Shown in pieces: positions 9,781 through 19,133 of a stretch of DNA of 64,000 bases. The notes under the pieces are model-generated. The model had not been told where the DNA came from. It did not search any database and saw only the letters and a list, made by a program, of their open reading frames with translations. Every line of letters starts with the position of its first letter. Position 1 is the stretch's first letter. Both the position numbers and the translations under genes were made by a program. The stretch comes from an uncultured Thermomicrobiales bacterium. Its GTDB lineage: Bacteria; Chloroflexota; Chloroflexia; Thermomicrobiales; UBA6265. The stretch is from positions 407 to 64,406 of the forward strand of contig CAXTHM010000008.1 of assembly GCA_964244115.1 (NCBI GenBank), written 5' to 3'.

Positions 9781-10419
9781 TCAGGTATCGAGCAGGTGGG
9801 AGACGTCCTCCGTCACGATGGCGGGGTCGGTCCCGTAGGGGTAGGTCAGCCGGTAGTTGCCGTCCGGGTCGATGACGAACAGAGCCGAGGTGTGGTCGAC
9901 GAGGTAGCCGAGCGACGAGGTCGAGTCCTGGATCCGGGAGTAGACGCCGTAGCCCTGTTTGGCCTGGGTGATCTGCTCGTCCGTGCCGGTCAGCCCGATG
10001 AAGCCGGGGTCGAAGAAGTCGAGGTACTGCGTCAGGCGCTCCGGCGTGTCCCGGGCCGGGTCGACGGTGACGAGGACGAAGGCGACGTCGTCGGCCCGCT
10101 CCCCCAGCGCGTCCCGCACGGTGAGGAAGTCGCTCAGGGTCGTCGGGCAGACATCGGGGCAGTTGGTGTAGCCGAAGAACAGCAGGACCGCTCGACCCCG
10201 CTGACTAGTGAGGTCGAAGGGCTGGCCGTGCTGGTCGGTCAGGGCCAGTGCGGGCGCCGGGTTGGGCGGCGGGATCTCGCCCCCCTGGAAGGCGTAGTCG
10301 TCCGCGAAGGGGCCGCAGCCACCGAGGATCAGGGCCAGCGACGCGACGAGCGCGACAGCCAGCAGCCGTGGGCGACGCGGCATCAGCCGGGCCCGGAAGC
10401 GCAAGGGTCTAAGGGACAT
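9781..10419 (-). CDS. SCO1/SenC family copper-binding protein
   Basis: CxxxC motif FFGYTNCPDVCPTT and downstream DHT. Start uncertain (10419 or 10383); the longer ORF to 10554 is unlikely. Confidence 0.85.
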   Translation of the reverse strand: MSLRPLRFRARLMPRRPRLLAVALVASLALILGGCGPFADDYAFQGGEIPPPNPAPALALTDQHGQPFDLTSQRGRAVLLFFGYTNCPDVCPTTLSDFLTVRDALGERADDVAFVLVTVDPARDTPERLTQYLDFFDPGFIGLTGTDEQITQAKQGYGVYSRIQDSTSSLGYLVDHTSALFVIDPDGNYRLTYPYGTDPAIVTEDVSHLLDT

Positions 10420-10597
10420 GGAGATGGGGAACCCACAGAGAGCGGAGGCCACCGGAATGGGTCCGATGTGGCTCAGCGACGGGGGATCGGACGGGGATGA
10501 GCCAGAACCGCCCGGGGAGGACGGGATGCGACGCCGCGACACCTCGGCGGGCACCGACAGGCGCCACCGCGAGGCTCGGTCCGGGTCATCCGCTGGC

Positions 10598-11092
10598 TCA
10601 GATGGCGGAGAGGCGCCGGGGTGGGGGAACGATCGTCGCGAGGGACTGGCCGGTCAGCCGCGCGACGGCGGCGAACGGACGCCGGGCGATCAGGGCGACC
10701 GCGAGCAGCAACAGGACCGAGACGTGGAGGGCAGCCTGCCCGGTCGCGACCATCGACATCGCCATCGAGGTAAGCGATGGCAAGGACGACAGCCCGGGAG
10801 CCAGAGCAGTACCGGGGGTGACGCTGCCCGCGAAGCCGGTGGCCTCCGCCGCAAGCCAGGCCACGACGGTGCCGGGGTGCAGGACCGGCAGCGGGAGCGC
10901 CCCGGCCAGCGGCGGAGCGCCATCGACCATCATTGCCAGGTGCGTCGCGCCGGTCTGGCTGGCATGTGCCGCATGGGCAGCGTGGCCGGATCGCTGGAGG
11001 GCGTCCGGCGTGTCGAACAGCGAGTGCGGGTGATCGACGAGCGTGCAACTGACCGGGGTCAGGAGCAAGCCGAGCATGACCATCGCGGTCAT
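10598..11092 (-). CDS. His/Met-rich membrane protein, unknown function
   Basis: The frame has strongly GC-rich third positions. TM segments at both ends. His-rich stretch DHPHSLF ... SGHAAHAAHASQTGATH. Lies directly upstream of the SCO1 gene. Confidence 0.4.
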   Translation of the reverse strand: MTAMVMLGLLLTPVSCTLVDHPHSLFDTPDALQRSGHAAHAAHASQTGATHLAMMVDGAPPLAGALPLPVLHPGTVVAWLAAEATGFAGSVTPGTALAPGLSSLPSLTSMAMSMVATGQAALHVSVLLLLAVALIARRPFAAVARLTGQSLATIVPPPRRLSAI

Positions 11093-11431
11093 CCCCCATC
11101 GCCCGCAGGTTGTGAGGATCGCTCGCCCCACGCCGTCCGCCCCTGGTCTACATCGCGCCGTCCGACGCCAGACGCGATCACGAGCGCCTTCTCGCACAGC
11201 ATATCAGCCCACTCGGCGCTCGCGAACCGCGGCCCGGCGCTGGTGCATCTGGCATCCCTGCGGGACGTGCGTCCGGGCCGGGGATGCGACGACGCCGACG
11301 AGCCACCCGTGCCCCCCGAGCGGCTCACGGTGGGGCGCACGTCGGCCGGGCGGAACTACCGGGTACGGATCGTACCAGTGGTTCCGCCCTCTGCTACGCT
11401 ACAGCCACTCAGCTGACAGGGGAGGGGACCC

Positions 11432-12091
11432 ATGGCGACGATCTACTGCCCGAACTGCGGCCACGAGAACGATGCGGCGGCGAAGTTCTGCGAGAACTGC
11501 GGGCGCTCGCTGGCGGACGTCTCGGCGAGCCGGGCGGCCGTCCACCCCGGTGGAGCGCGGCGACCGAAGCCGGAGCCGGCGGGGGCGGCCGGTGCGACCT
11601 GGGACACCCCCGACCCCGTCCCCACCGGGATGCCCGGCGGGAATCTCGGGGCGACGGATGACCGCCTGCTCGATGACGGCGGGCTGCCGCTCGGCGAGCC
11701 GCTCGGTGACGACCCGAACGCCGAGCGGCTGCTCTGGCGGGGCCGGCCGAGCAAGCTCTGGTCGCCCCGGATGGCGATCACCAACCGGTACCGGCTGACC
11801 GACCAGCGGCTGCGGTGGGAGTACGGGTTCATCGGCCGGCGGGTCGAGGAAGTCGACCTGTTCCGGATCAACGACGTCGCGATCAAGCAGGCAGCCTTCG
11901 AGCGCATCCTCGGCTTCGGCGACATCACGATCTACATGACCGACGCGTCCTCGGGAGAGAAGGTGCTGCACAACGTCGTCGGGCCGGAGCGGGTCAAGGA
12001 TCTGATCCGGCAGGCCGTCCGCCGGGAGCGCCAGCGCCGCCGCGTCATCGTCCGCGAGGACATGTACAGCGGCGGCGAGGAGCCGATGTAG
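11432..12091 (+). CDS. Zinc-ribbon plus bacterial PH (bPH_2/YdbS-like) domain protein
   Basis: N-terminal CPNCGHEN...CENCG zinc ribbon. C-terminal YRLTDQRLRWEYGF...FGDITIYM PH-like region. GGAGGGG RBS. Confidence 0.7.
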   Translation: MATIYCPNCGHENDAAAKFCENCGRSLADVSASRAAVHPGGARRPKPEPAGAAGATWDTPDPVPTGMPGGNLGATDDRLLDDGGLPLGEPLGDDPNAERLLWRGRPSKLWSPRMAITNRYRLTDQRLRWEYGFIGRRVEEVDLFRINDVAIKQAAFERILGFGDITIYMTDASSGEKVLHNVVGPERVKDLIRQAVRRERQRRRVIVREDMYSGGEEPM

Positions 12092-12190
12092 CGTCATCGC
12101 ATGGCGGTCGCGCGACCCGGTGGGAGATCTGCCGGCCATTGGCTGGGTCGGACGGGTCGGAGTCAGCAGTCCCCACATAAGGAGCAATCA

Positions 12191-12610
12191 ATGGCGCAGG
12201 ACGACACGGCGGCGCTGCACGAACTGGCGCGGCGGTTCTTCGACGAGGTCTGGAACCAGGGGGACGAGTCGGCGATCGACCGGTACATCGCCGAGCACGC
12301 CGATGGCAACGACGCGACCTTCGGGATCGGCCGCGAGGGCTTCCGGACGCAGTGGCGCCAGTGGCAGGCCGCCTTCGCAGGTCTCCACTTCGCGGTCGAG
12401 GAGATCGTCGCCGAGGGGGACCGGGTCGTGACCCGCTGGACGCTGAGCGGCACCCAGATCGGCGAGTTCCTCGGCATCCCGGCGACGGGCCGCAGCGTCT
12501 CCGTCGGCGGGATGAGCCTGGACACCGTCCGGGACGGGATGCTGGTCGCCGGCGTCGATGCCTGGGACGAGCTCGGGCTGCGCCGCCAGCTCGGCGTCAT
12601 CCCGGAGTAG
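12191..12610 (+). CDS. SnoaL-like ester cyclase family protein
   Basis: FFDEVWNQGD ... GDRVVTRWTLSGTQIGEFLGIPATGR pattern. AAGGAG RBS before the ATG at 12191. Confidence 0.8.
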   Translation: MAQDDTAALHELARRFFDEVWNQGDESAIDRYIAEHADGNDATFGIGREGFRTQWRQWQAAFAGLHFAVEEIVAEGDRVVTRWTLSGTQIGEFLGIPATGRSVSVGGMSLDTVRDGMLVAGVDAWDELGLRRQLGVIPE

Positions 12611-12703
12611 ATTCGCCGTATCTCCGCCGCAGGGTCAGCCAGATGGGAAGACACGTCGATGCGACGCACCGTAGGTTAGGAGGCGATTCGTCCTGGCCCC
12701 TCT

Positions 12704-13195
12704 CTAGGTGTCGAATGACATGACGAGTTGACCCGGCTCTGGCTTCATGACTCGAATCCCGAAGAGGTTGTCACAGGGGAGTAGATGCTCTCCATCCCAG
12801 GTCAGGAAGGCGTCGCAACCGTCCTCGATCGCTGACGCGAGATGGATCATGTCATCGTTCTTCACTTTCATGTTGCGACTGCGCGCATCCCAAATTAGTT
12901 GTCGGGCTCGTTCGGCAATCGTCCGGTCGACCTCAATCAACTCAATATATGATCGAAGGAACAAGGATGTGGCGTCCCGGCGAGCCTGAGCGTCCTTGGC
13001 CATCTTCTGTCCGCCGTTGACCTCTGCGATGGTGTAAACCGATGTGACCACTTCAGCTTCGCCCAGACGGGCTTTCTCTAATATCGTGATAGCTACCTGG
13101 TTCCGAGGCAAGCCATCTTCCAGGTCCGTTTCCCCCTTGAGATGCGCAATGAAGATGCAGGAATCGACGTACCATCGTGGTCGCTTAGTCGCCAC
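12704..13195 (-). CDS. PIN-domain nuclease (VapC-like)
   Basis: Acidic PIN residues in YVDSCIFI, TIAEV and DDMIHLASA, plus LTWD. The GTG start overlaps the stop of the upstream gene by 11 nt. AT-richer than the flanks. Confidence 0.75.
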   Translation of the reverse strand: MATKRPRWYVDSCIFIAHLKGETDLEDGLPRNQVAITILEKARLGEAEVVTSVYTIAEVNGGQKMAKDAQARRDATSLFLRSYIELIEVDRTIAERARQLIWDARSRNMKVKNDDMIHLASAIEDGCDAFLTWDGEHLLPCDNLFGIRVMKPEPGQLVMSFDT

Positions 13196-14003
13196 TCCGC
13201 TGTCTCCTAATCCATTCATCGGACAGCAAACCATCGGTCAGGTCAGGGAGGATCCCAGCCAAGTCGCTCAAGCTCGGAAGTTCGTCGTCAGGCACGAACC
13301 GCGTAATGTTCCGGACCGGGTCTACCCGAGCGATCGCGCCATCGAGATCTCGCAGTAAGCGGCCACGGATCTCGACACGTTGCCGGAGACTTCCCACGAC
13401 TTCATCGTACTGACGATCGGCATCGAAGTAACACTTGATGTCGAGGGACCGGTGACGGTTACGAAGTTGGAAGTACGGTCGTCGTCCAAAGAACACCCCC
13501 TGCACGAATCCCGTAACGCTGCCAACAGATGCGACTCGACGTGCGGGGAAATCTCGATCGGTTGTGACCGCCGCCGTCAGTGCGGTTCCAGCAAACGGGG
13601 TCATAATCTCAATCGTAGCGACACTGTCGTCGAAGGCTTTACTCATCTGATTGAACGGCCCGACCGCAGCGTCCGGCATGACATCGAACGGATCGGCACC
13701 CTGCTCCACGGCAGACAGTGCCCGTACCAATGCTCGACTCATTGGCTCGTAAGGTCTGTTCAACATGTCTTCACTTGGGACAACCAGATCGGTCATCACA
13801 ATCCGAGGAACGATACCCATCGTGGCACTTCCAATGGACAAGGATGTGACGTCCCACTGCGGGTCTAAGCCTTCGGCGTACTCAGACGTAAAGGCCATGA
13901 CGATCCTGCGCCAGTTCGGCACGACCAAGGCAAAAGTCTCGAAGGGGACGGACTTTCCGTCTTCCCCTTCCAGTCTGATGGTAATAAGGGCCGGTCGCTC
14001 CAT
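13185..14003 (-). CDS. Unknown 272-aa protein coupled to the PIN gene
   Basis: ATG preceded by a GGAGAG RBS. No recognisable RHH, AbrB or HTH motif. The C-terminal half looks like a beta-barrel/OB-like repeat pattern (GSVTGFVQGVFF...IKCYF...RVEIRGRL). Confidence 0.6.
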   Translation of the reverse strand: MERPALITIRLEGEDGKSVPFETFALVVPNWRRIVMAFTSEYAEGLDPQWDVTSLSIGSATMGIVPRIVMTDLVVPSEDMLNRPYEPMSRALVRALSAVEQGADPFDVMPDAAVGPFNQMSKAFDDSVATIEIMTPFAGTALTAAVTTDRDFPARRVASVGSVTGFVQGVFFGRRPYFQLRNRHRSLDIKCYFDADRQYDEVVGSLRQRVEIRGRLLRDLDGAIARVDPVRNITRFVPDDELPSLSDLAGILPDLTDGLLSDEWIRRQRSGD

Positions 14004-14414
14004 GATGACTCTCCGTCGAGTACGAACAAATGTACTACATCGAGGATACACCCTGACTGCAACGGCTAGGGCTCAAGCACGACTGGATAGCGCATCCTAC
14101 CATTCCGGGAAGCGGTAGGGATCTGGCGAAACTGCTAAACCTCTACGGCCTTGACTTTTTCTTTTCAGTGAGATGGGATTGCCACGGTCGGATGGACTTC
14201 GTAGGCTGGCGATGCTCGACGTCCCCCGGCCATCCGGGGGCCGCCAGATGCTAGAGCCTATCATGCCCCGCCCCGTCCTTCTGCACTGGCAGCCCATGCC
14301 TTCGTCGGTCGGTTAGTGGGCGCCGCGAGCGCCCTGGCCCTGCTCTCCCGCGTGGTCTACCGTCCAATCCATAAGCAGTGGATGGCCTCCTGCCCCAAAA
14401 GCCAAAGTTAAGGA

Positions 14415-14449
14415 CCGTGGGCCAGGGCGAACATCGCCCTGGCCCACGG
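14415..14449 (-). terminator. Stem-loop downstream of the PQQ-propeller gene
   Basis: Perfect 16-bp inverted repeat CCGTGGGCCAGGGCGA / TCGCCCTGGCCCACGG with a 3-nt loop. On the minus strand it is followed by a T-containing tract (CTTTGGCTTTTGG). Confidence 0.6.
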
Positions 14450-14489
14450 TCGTGTCGAGTGATCGATTGGCCGCGGCACGCATCGAACT

Positions 14490-16256
14490 CTACGCGACCG
14501 GCGTGGCCTCCGGCGTCGGGAACTGAGGATCGCCCGGGTTGGTCGGGGTCGCCGCGTTGTCGGCCGGGGCGACCTCCGCGTCGTCCGGGGTCGCACTGCC
14601 AGCGCCCAGCTTGAAGGCGTGGATCGCCAGGCCCGGCGTGCCGGTCATGTTGGAGTCCGGCGAGGCGATGTAGGCGGCCGTCGTCGGGACGATCAGGTAA
14701 TCCTCGCTGATCGCGAACGGGGCGTTGATGCCGGCGGTCCCGGTCACGGACCAGAGCGCCGTGCCGTCGGCGGCGTTGTAGGCGCGGATCACGCCGTCGA
14801 GGCCACCGGTGAAGACGACGTCGTTGGCGATGGTCACGGCGCCGAGCAGGCCGGTCGCGACCGCGACCTGCCACTTGATCTGGCCATTGGTCACATCGAT
14901 GGCGACCAGGTCACTGGTGGCGTTGCTCAGATCCAGCGTCAGACCGCCAGCGATGCCGGTGGGGGAGTAGGTCGTCGCCCAGTTCAGGACCGCGGCGAAG
15001 ACCGTGCCGTCGGCGTAGGCCATGCAGGTCTCGACGCCACCCAGGGTCCCCGGGAACACCTCGAGCGTTCCGCCCTCGGGGATCTCCTCCACGTTCTCGT
15101 TCTGGTGCGTCCCGACGGGGATCTTCCAGATCGTGTTCCCGGCATTGGTGTCGACGGCCGCGACGTAGCCGTGCTTGCCGGAGGTGACGACCAGCTTGAC
15201 CGGCGCACCGCCGATCTCGGTCTCGACGATGATCGGAGAGAGGTGGTTGTCGAGGTCGTAGTTGTCATCCGGCTTGATGTTGACATGCCACTGGACGCTG
15301 GCCGTGGTCGGGTCGATCTCGACCAGGTTGTTGACGTAGTCGTTCTGGCCTGGCCGGGAAGTGGCGTTCGGGAACTCGGTGTTGCCGGGGTACGGCGCCG
15401 CGTTGGCGACCGCCAGATAGAGCATCCCGGTCTCGGTGTCGATCGCGGGCGGGTTCCAGAGCCCACCGCCGGAGTTGACCCGGGCGTTGCCCCAGAGATC
15501 GTCGGTCGTCGTCTCCCAGCTCCAGATCGTGTGGCCGGAGGAGGCATCGAGCGCGTAGAAGACGCCCTTCTGGCCGCCACGGTAGAAGACGGTCCCGTTG
15601 CCCGGGACGGTGCTGACGTAGACCGTGTTGTCGTAGACGATCGGAGCGATGTCGATGCCCTCACCGATGTTGTTGGTGAGCTTGACCCGCCAGACCTCCT
15701 CCTGCGTCTCGATATCGACCGCGACGACCTCGGCGGTGTCGCCCAGGATGGAATAGAGGTTGCCGTACGCGACCGTGACGCCGTTCGGACCGACGCAGCC
15801 GATGCCGTACTCCTTGGTCCAGAGCGTCTCGCCGGTGGTCTTGTCGATCGCGTAGAGGTTGCTCTGCATATCGACGAGGTAGATGGTGTTGCCGTTGATG
15901 ATCGGCGCGGCGGTGAAGGCGCCGTAGGCGCCGGCGACGTTGAGCGGGTACGACCAGGCGATGCCCAGCGTCGTGACGTTGCTGCTGTCGATCGTGGTGC
16001 TGGCCGAGGCGCGGGTGTTGGAGAGGTTGCCGTTCTGGGTGGGCCAGTCGTTGGCGTAGTCGGTGTACTCGGGCGGCATCACCGGGCCGAGCGCGAGCGG
16101 GGTGGCGGGGACCTGGAGCTCCCCCTCCTGGGCGACGGCGTCGGAGTGCAGCAGGGCCGTGGTGACGAGCGCTCCGGCGGCGAGTGCGCCCGTTCCCGCG
16201 ACCAGCGTGCGGCGTGAGACGACCGGGGCGTTGTGCGTATCATCGACCTGGGTCAT
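14490..16256 (-). CDS. PQQ-type eight-bladed beta-propeller (quinoprotein dehydrogenase-like), Tat-exported
   Basis: Tat signal SRRTLVAGTGALAAGA. Quinoprotein-like DWPTQNGNLSNTRAS...NVTTLGIAW and repeated AxD..TG...W blades. AGGAGA RBS. Confidence 0.85.
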   Translation of the reverse strand: MTQVDDTHNAPVVSRRTLVAGTGALAAGALVTTALLHSDAVAQEGELQVPATPLALGPVMPPEYTDYANDWPTQNGNLSNTRASASTTIDSSNVTTLGIAWSYPLNVAGAYGAFTAAPIINGNTIYLVDMQSNLYAIDKTTGETLWTKEYGIGCVGPNGVTVAYGNLYSILGDTAEVVAVDIETQEEVWRVKLTNNIGEGIDIAPIVYDNTVYVSTVPGNGTVFYRGGQKGVFYALDASSGHTIWSWETTTDDLWGNARVNSGGGLWNPPAIDTETGMLYLAVANAAPYPGNTEFPNATSRPGQNDYVNNLVEIDPTTASVQWHVNIKPDDNYDLDNHLSPIIVETEIGGAPVKLVVTSGKHGYVAAVDTNAGNTIWKIPVGTHQNENVEEIPEGGTLEVFPGTLGGVETCMAYADGTVFAAVLNWATTYSPTGIAGGLTLDLSNATSDLVAIDVTNGQIKWQVAVATGLLGAVTIANDVVFTGGLDGVIRAYNAADGTALWSVTGTAGINAPFAISEDYLIVPTTAAYIASPDSNMTGTPGLAIHAFKLGAGSATPDDAEVAPADNAATPTNPGDPQFPTPEATPVA

Positions 16257-16671
16257 GGATGCGTCTCCTAACGATGGTGATGCGTTCGGAGTGGCGGCCG
16301 GGCGGCGTGCGGCACGCCAAACCACTCCCTGTTGCGTCCGCAACGAGATCCATCCGTCGAATGACCGGTGGGGCAGGCGGCGAGGGTCGCCTGGTGATCC
16401 GTCAGTCCCTCATCGGACGACCCGGCCAGCGCCCGTGGCGAACGGGATAACGGTTCGCGGCGATCGCGGGCTGCGTAGCCCACGCGTCGCCGGGAAAGCG
16501 CGGATTCCTCTGGCGGATCCGGGGGTCACGTCGCCCTCGGCGTGACGTTTCCGGAACCCTGATCCGCACCTGACAGTAGTCTATCGCAGAATCGGCCGTG
16601 GTCGTCAATACGTCTTCGCGGATCGCCACCGAACGTGGTCCGGGCCACGATCCGAAGCGCGTTGCTCCCCG

Positions 16672-17652
16672 TCAGTCGTCGAACCGGAGCGGGACCTCGA
16701 ACCGGTTGACCTCGGAACCGTCGCGGGCCGAGGCCTCGTAGCCCAGCAGCGTAAGGGGGCCAGCGGCGGTCCCGTCCGGAACGGTCAGGCTGGCCTCGAA
16801 GGTCCCTCGGGTGCCGTTGCCGGACGTCGCCTGCACCGGGACGTCCAGCAGGACGTCGCCGTCGCCAGTCGTCAGGCGCAGGGACAGGCTGGCCTCGAAG
16901 GTATTGGCCGTCCCGGAGACCCGGCATTCGGCGCCGATGGTCTCGCCCGGCAGCGGCCGCTCGATCAGGATCAGTGGGCTGACGTCCTCGAAGGCCTGGC
17001 GGCCGACCGGGCCGTCGATCGGGTTGCCGAGGACGTCCGTCATCGCGACCGGCTCCCCGTCGACGATCAGGTCAACGGCGGTGATGGTCTCGAACTGCGT
17101 CAGCGTGAAGACGATCTGGGCCAGCCGCAGCCGGCGGGCGCGGTCGTCGGCCGAGCCGTCCTGCCCGGCGGCGGGGGTCGCGAGCCGGTCGGCCAGCTCA
17201 CCGTCGACCCCGGCGCCGAGCAGGTCGCCGGCGAGTGCCACCCGAACGGTGCCACCGTCGCCGAGATCGGCGGAGACGACGCTGATCCCGGCCGGGATCG
17301 CCGAGACGCTGCCTGCGTCGAGGACATCGTCGCCCGGTCCCGCCAGGAGCAGGGCGAGGGCGGCCGCGGCGACCCGGCGCTCGGCCGGATCGACCGTGAC
17401 GACACCGCGATACGGCCGGATCAGCGGGCCACGGCGGTCGTCGGCGAGGGAGACGACGTAGAGCGAGACCGCGGCCTCCTCCCGCGGGACCCGGGGCGGC
17501 CGGGGCGCGGGCTCGTCCTGCGCGGCGGCGGGAACGCTCCGGCCGGCGACGACGGCCAGACTGGCGGCACTGGCCAGCAGGGCGCTCCGGCGGGACAACC
17601 GGGCAGAGCCAGTATCCGAGCGCGAGTCGTTGATCCGGGCGTCATCGGTCAT
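16672..17652 (-). CDS. GerMN plus Gmad2 Ig-like domain secreted protein
   Basis: Tat-like signal. GerMN-like central region. C-terminal Gmad2-like VSGTANTFEASLSLRL...GTRGTFEASL. Confidence 0.7.
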   Translation of the reverse strand: MTDDARINDSRSDTGSARLSRRSALLASAASLAVVAGRSVPAAAQDEPAPRPPRVPREEAAVSLYVVSLADDRRGPLIRPYRGVVTVDPAERRVAAAALALLLAGPGDDVLDAGSVSAIPAGISVVSADLGDGGTVRVALAGDLLGAGVDGELADRLATPAAGQDGSADDRARRLRLAQIVFTLTQFETITAVDLIVDGEPVAMTDVLGNPIDGPVGRQAFEDVSPLILIERPLPGETIGAECRVSGTANTFEASLSLRLTTGDGDVLLDVPVQATSGNGTRGTFEASLTVPDGTAAGPLTLLGYEASARDGSEVNRFEVPLRFDD

Positions 17653-17790
17653 GGCCGACCACTCCTTGTCTCACGGCGGACGACCGTCCGGCGGCGGTGC
17701 CGAAACATCGGCCGATCAGTCCCCACATCGACCCACATCAGCGTTCAGATGGATCGCCTTGGCGCGACTGGGGGAGCGACTCCCCTCCCT

Positions 17791-17908
17791 GGGCACCCGC
17801 GGAGCCACAGCGCAGCGAGAGCCACACGGGGCGGCTGAGCGCAGCAGGTGCACCGGAGAGGGACCGGAGAGAGGTGTCCTCCGCTACCACACGACGCCAA
17901 TGTACACC
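17791..17908 (+). repeat. REP-A copy 2
   Basis: GGGCACCCGCGGAGCCACAGCGCAGCGAGAGCCACACGGGGCGGCTGAGCG ... GCTACCACACGACGCCAATGTACACC. Confidence 0.7.
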
Positions 17909-17948
17909 GCTCCGCCCAGGGGGCGATCACGACCCGACCCGGTCACGC

Positions 17949-18866
17949 TCACCCGGCGATGGGTGAGGCGACCAGCGGCGTGGCCGGCGTCAGGACAGGC
18001 GGGACGACGACCGGCACATCGGTCGGCGCGACGGGAGGAATCTCGGTCGGCGCGACGGCAGGAGTCTCGGTCGGCGCGACATCGGTCGGGAGCGGGGCCG
18101 GGGTCGGGGTCGGCGGGACCTCGACCCCGTCGATCTCGATGTTGATCTGGCGCCCCTCGGTCTGGGAATTGTAGATCGTCGCGGCGCCGATGATGGCGGT
18201 CCGCTGGTCGACGGACTCCGCTCCCTGCGGCAGCGACAGGCAGCCACCCCCCTCGATGTCCAGTTCCACGGCGACAGCGAACTGGCTAAGGTCGTTGGCG
18301 GCGGCCGACGCCCGGATGTTGGAGACGCTGCCGTCGGCGATCTCGGTCAGGGCGTCGCTGACGCTGGCCTGGATGCACGGCGGGGCCGTCTCGAGGCGAG
18401 GCTCGTCGCCGCGGCTGAGCAGGATGACCACGAGGAGGACGACCAGGACCAGCCCGGCCACCGCGAGGATGGCGATCGGGCCGACCGGTGGGCCACTCCC
18501 GTTCCGGGTCACCCGGCGGGCCGTCGGACGACGGCCTCCGCCACCGGTGCCCGACGCCGGCCGGACCTCGACGGGACCCATGATCACCGGCTCGACGGCC
18601 GATTCGCTGTCCGCGAGACCGCCATCGCTGTCTGGCTCTGGGTCGCCTGAGCGATCGCGGGCGGCGGATGGGCTGGCTCCGGGTGTCGTCGATGCCAGAA
18701 CCGTGGGACGCTGGGCGCGGTCAGGGGATGCGCCGGGAGCGCGGACGGGTCGGCGGCGGGCCGGGAGACGCGCGGCGGGCGGGACCGGCTGCCCGACGGC
18801 GCCGGCGGGCGGCTCGCCCGGTCTGGTCGCGTGCCCGGCCTGGTCGGTCTGGTCGCCGTCTGGCAT
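17949..18866 (-). CDS. Pro-rich single-pass membrane protein, unknown function
   Basis: Pro/Ala-rich N-terminus. TM segment ILAVAGLVLVVLLVVILL. C-terminal PT-rich repeats (PTETPAVAPTEIPPVAPTDVP). Start uncertain. Confidence 0.45.
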   Translation of the reverse strand: MPDGDQTDQAGHATRPGEPPAGAVGQPVPPAARLPARRRPVRAPGASPDRAQRPTVLASTTPGASPSAARDRSGDPEPDSDGGLADSESAVEPVIMGPVEVRPASGTGGGGRRPTARRVTRNGSGPPVGPIAILAVAGLVLVVLLVVILLSRGDEPRLETAPPCIQASVSDALTEIADGSVSNIRASAAANDLSQFAVAVELDIEGGGCLSLPQGAESVDQRTAIIGAATIYNSQTEGRQINIEIDGVEVPPTPTPAPLPTDVAPTETPAVAPTEIPPVAPTDVPVVVPPVLTPATPLVASPIAG

Positions 18867-19061
18867 CGTCCCTGGTCCCTCATCCCGTGTTGAAGCCGGA
18901 GCGCCCACGCCATTGAGTCAAGCGATCCGCTCCGTCGCCTGATTCTACGTGCATCGCCCGCCGATGCCGAACCGGTCGCCGTCCGATGGCCAGCGGTGAG
19001 ACACGACGGCTGGGCCAGCCGCGACAGCGCCCACGGCGACGACACCACCACCAGCGACGCG

Positions 19062-19093
19062 GAGCGCCCGGAGCAGTGATGCTCCGGGCGCTC
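19062..19093 (-). terminator. Stem-loop downstream of the PQQ-cupredoxin gene
   Basis: 14-bp perfect inverted repeat GAGCGCCCGGAGCA / TGCTCCGGGCGCTC with a 4-nt loop. There is no clear U-tract. Confidence 0.5.
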
Positions 19094-19133
19094 TGGGTAC
19101 GTGGTGGTGTCGATCGGGGCCGGGATGCGTCCG

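Noticed and set aside
10418-11416. 332-aa plus-strand ORF between the SCO1 gene and the zinc-ribbon gene
   Set aside because: The product is Arg/Gly-rich low-complexity sequence. The opposite-strand frame (10598..11092) shows GC-rich third positions and TM segments, so it was preferred, though only with modest confidence.
14619-16217. 532-aa plus-strand ORF opposite the first PQQ-propeller gene. The same pattern occurs at 19101..21230, 36117..37808, 27606..29981, 30009..32699, 43900..45000, 46048..47238, 49533..50756, 52043..53431 and 40936..42593.
   Set aside because: All are antisense to genes with strong family motifs. Their products are R/G/D/P/V-rich with no recognisable domains. They are GC-driven open frames.
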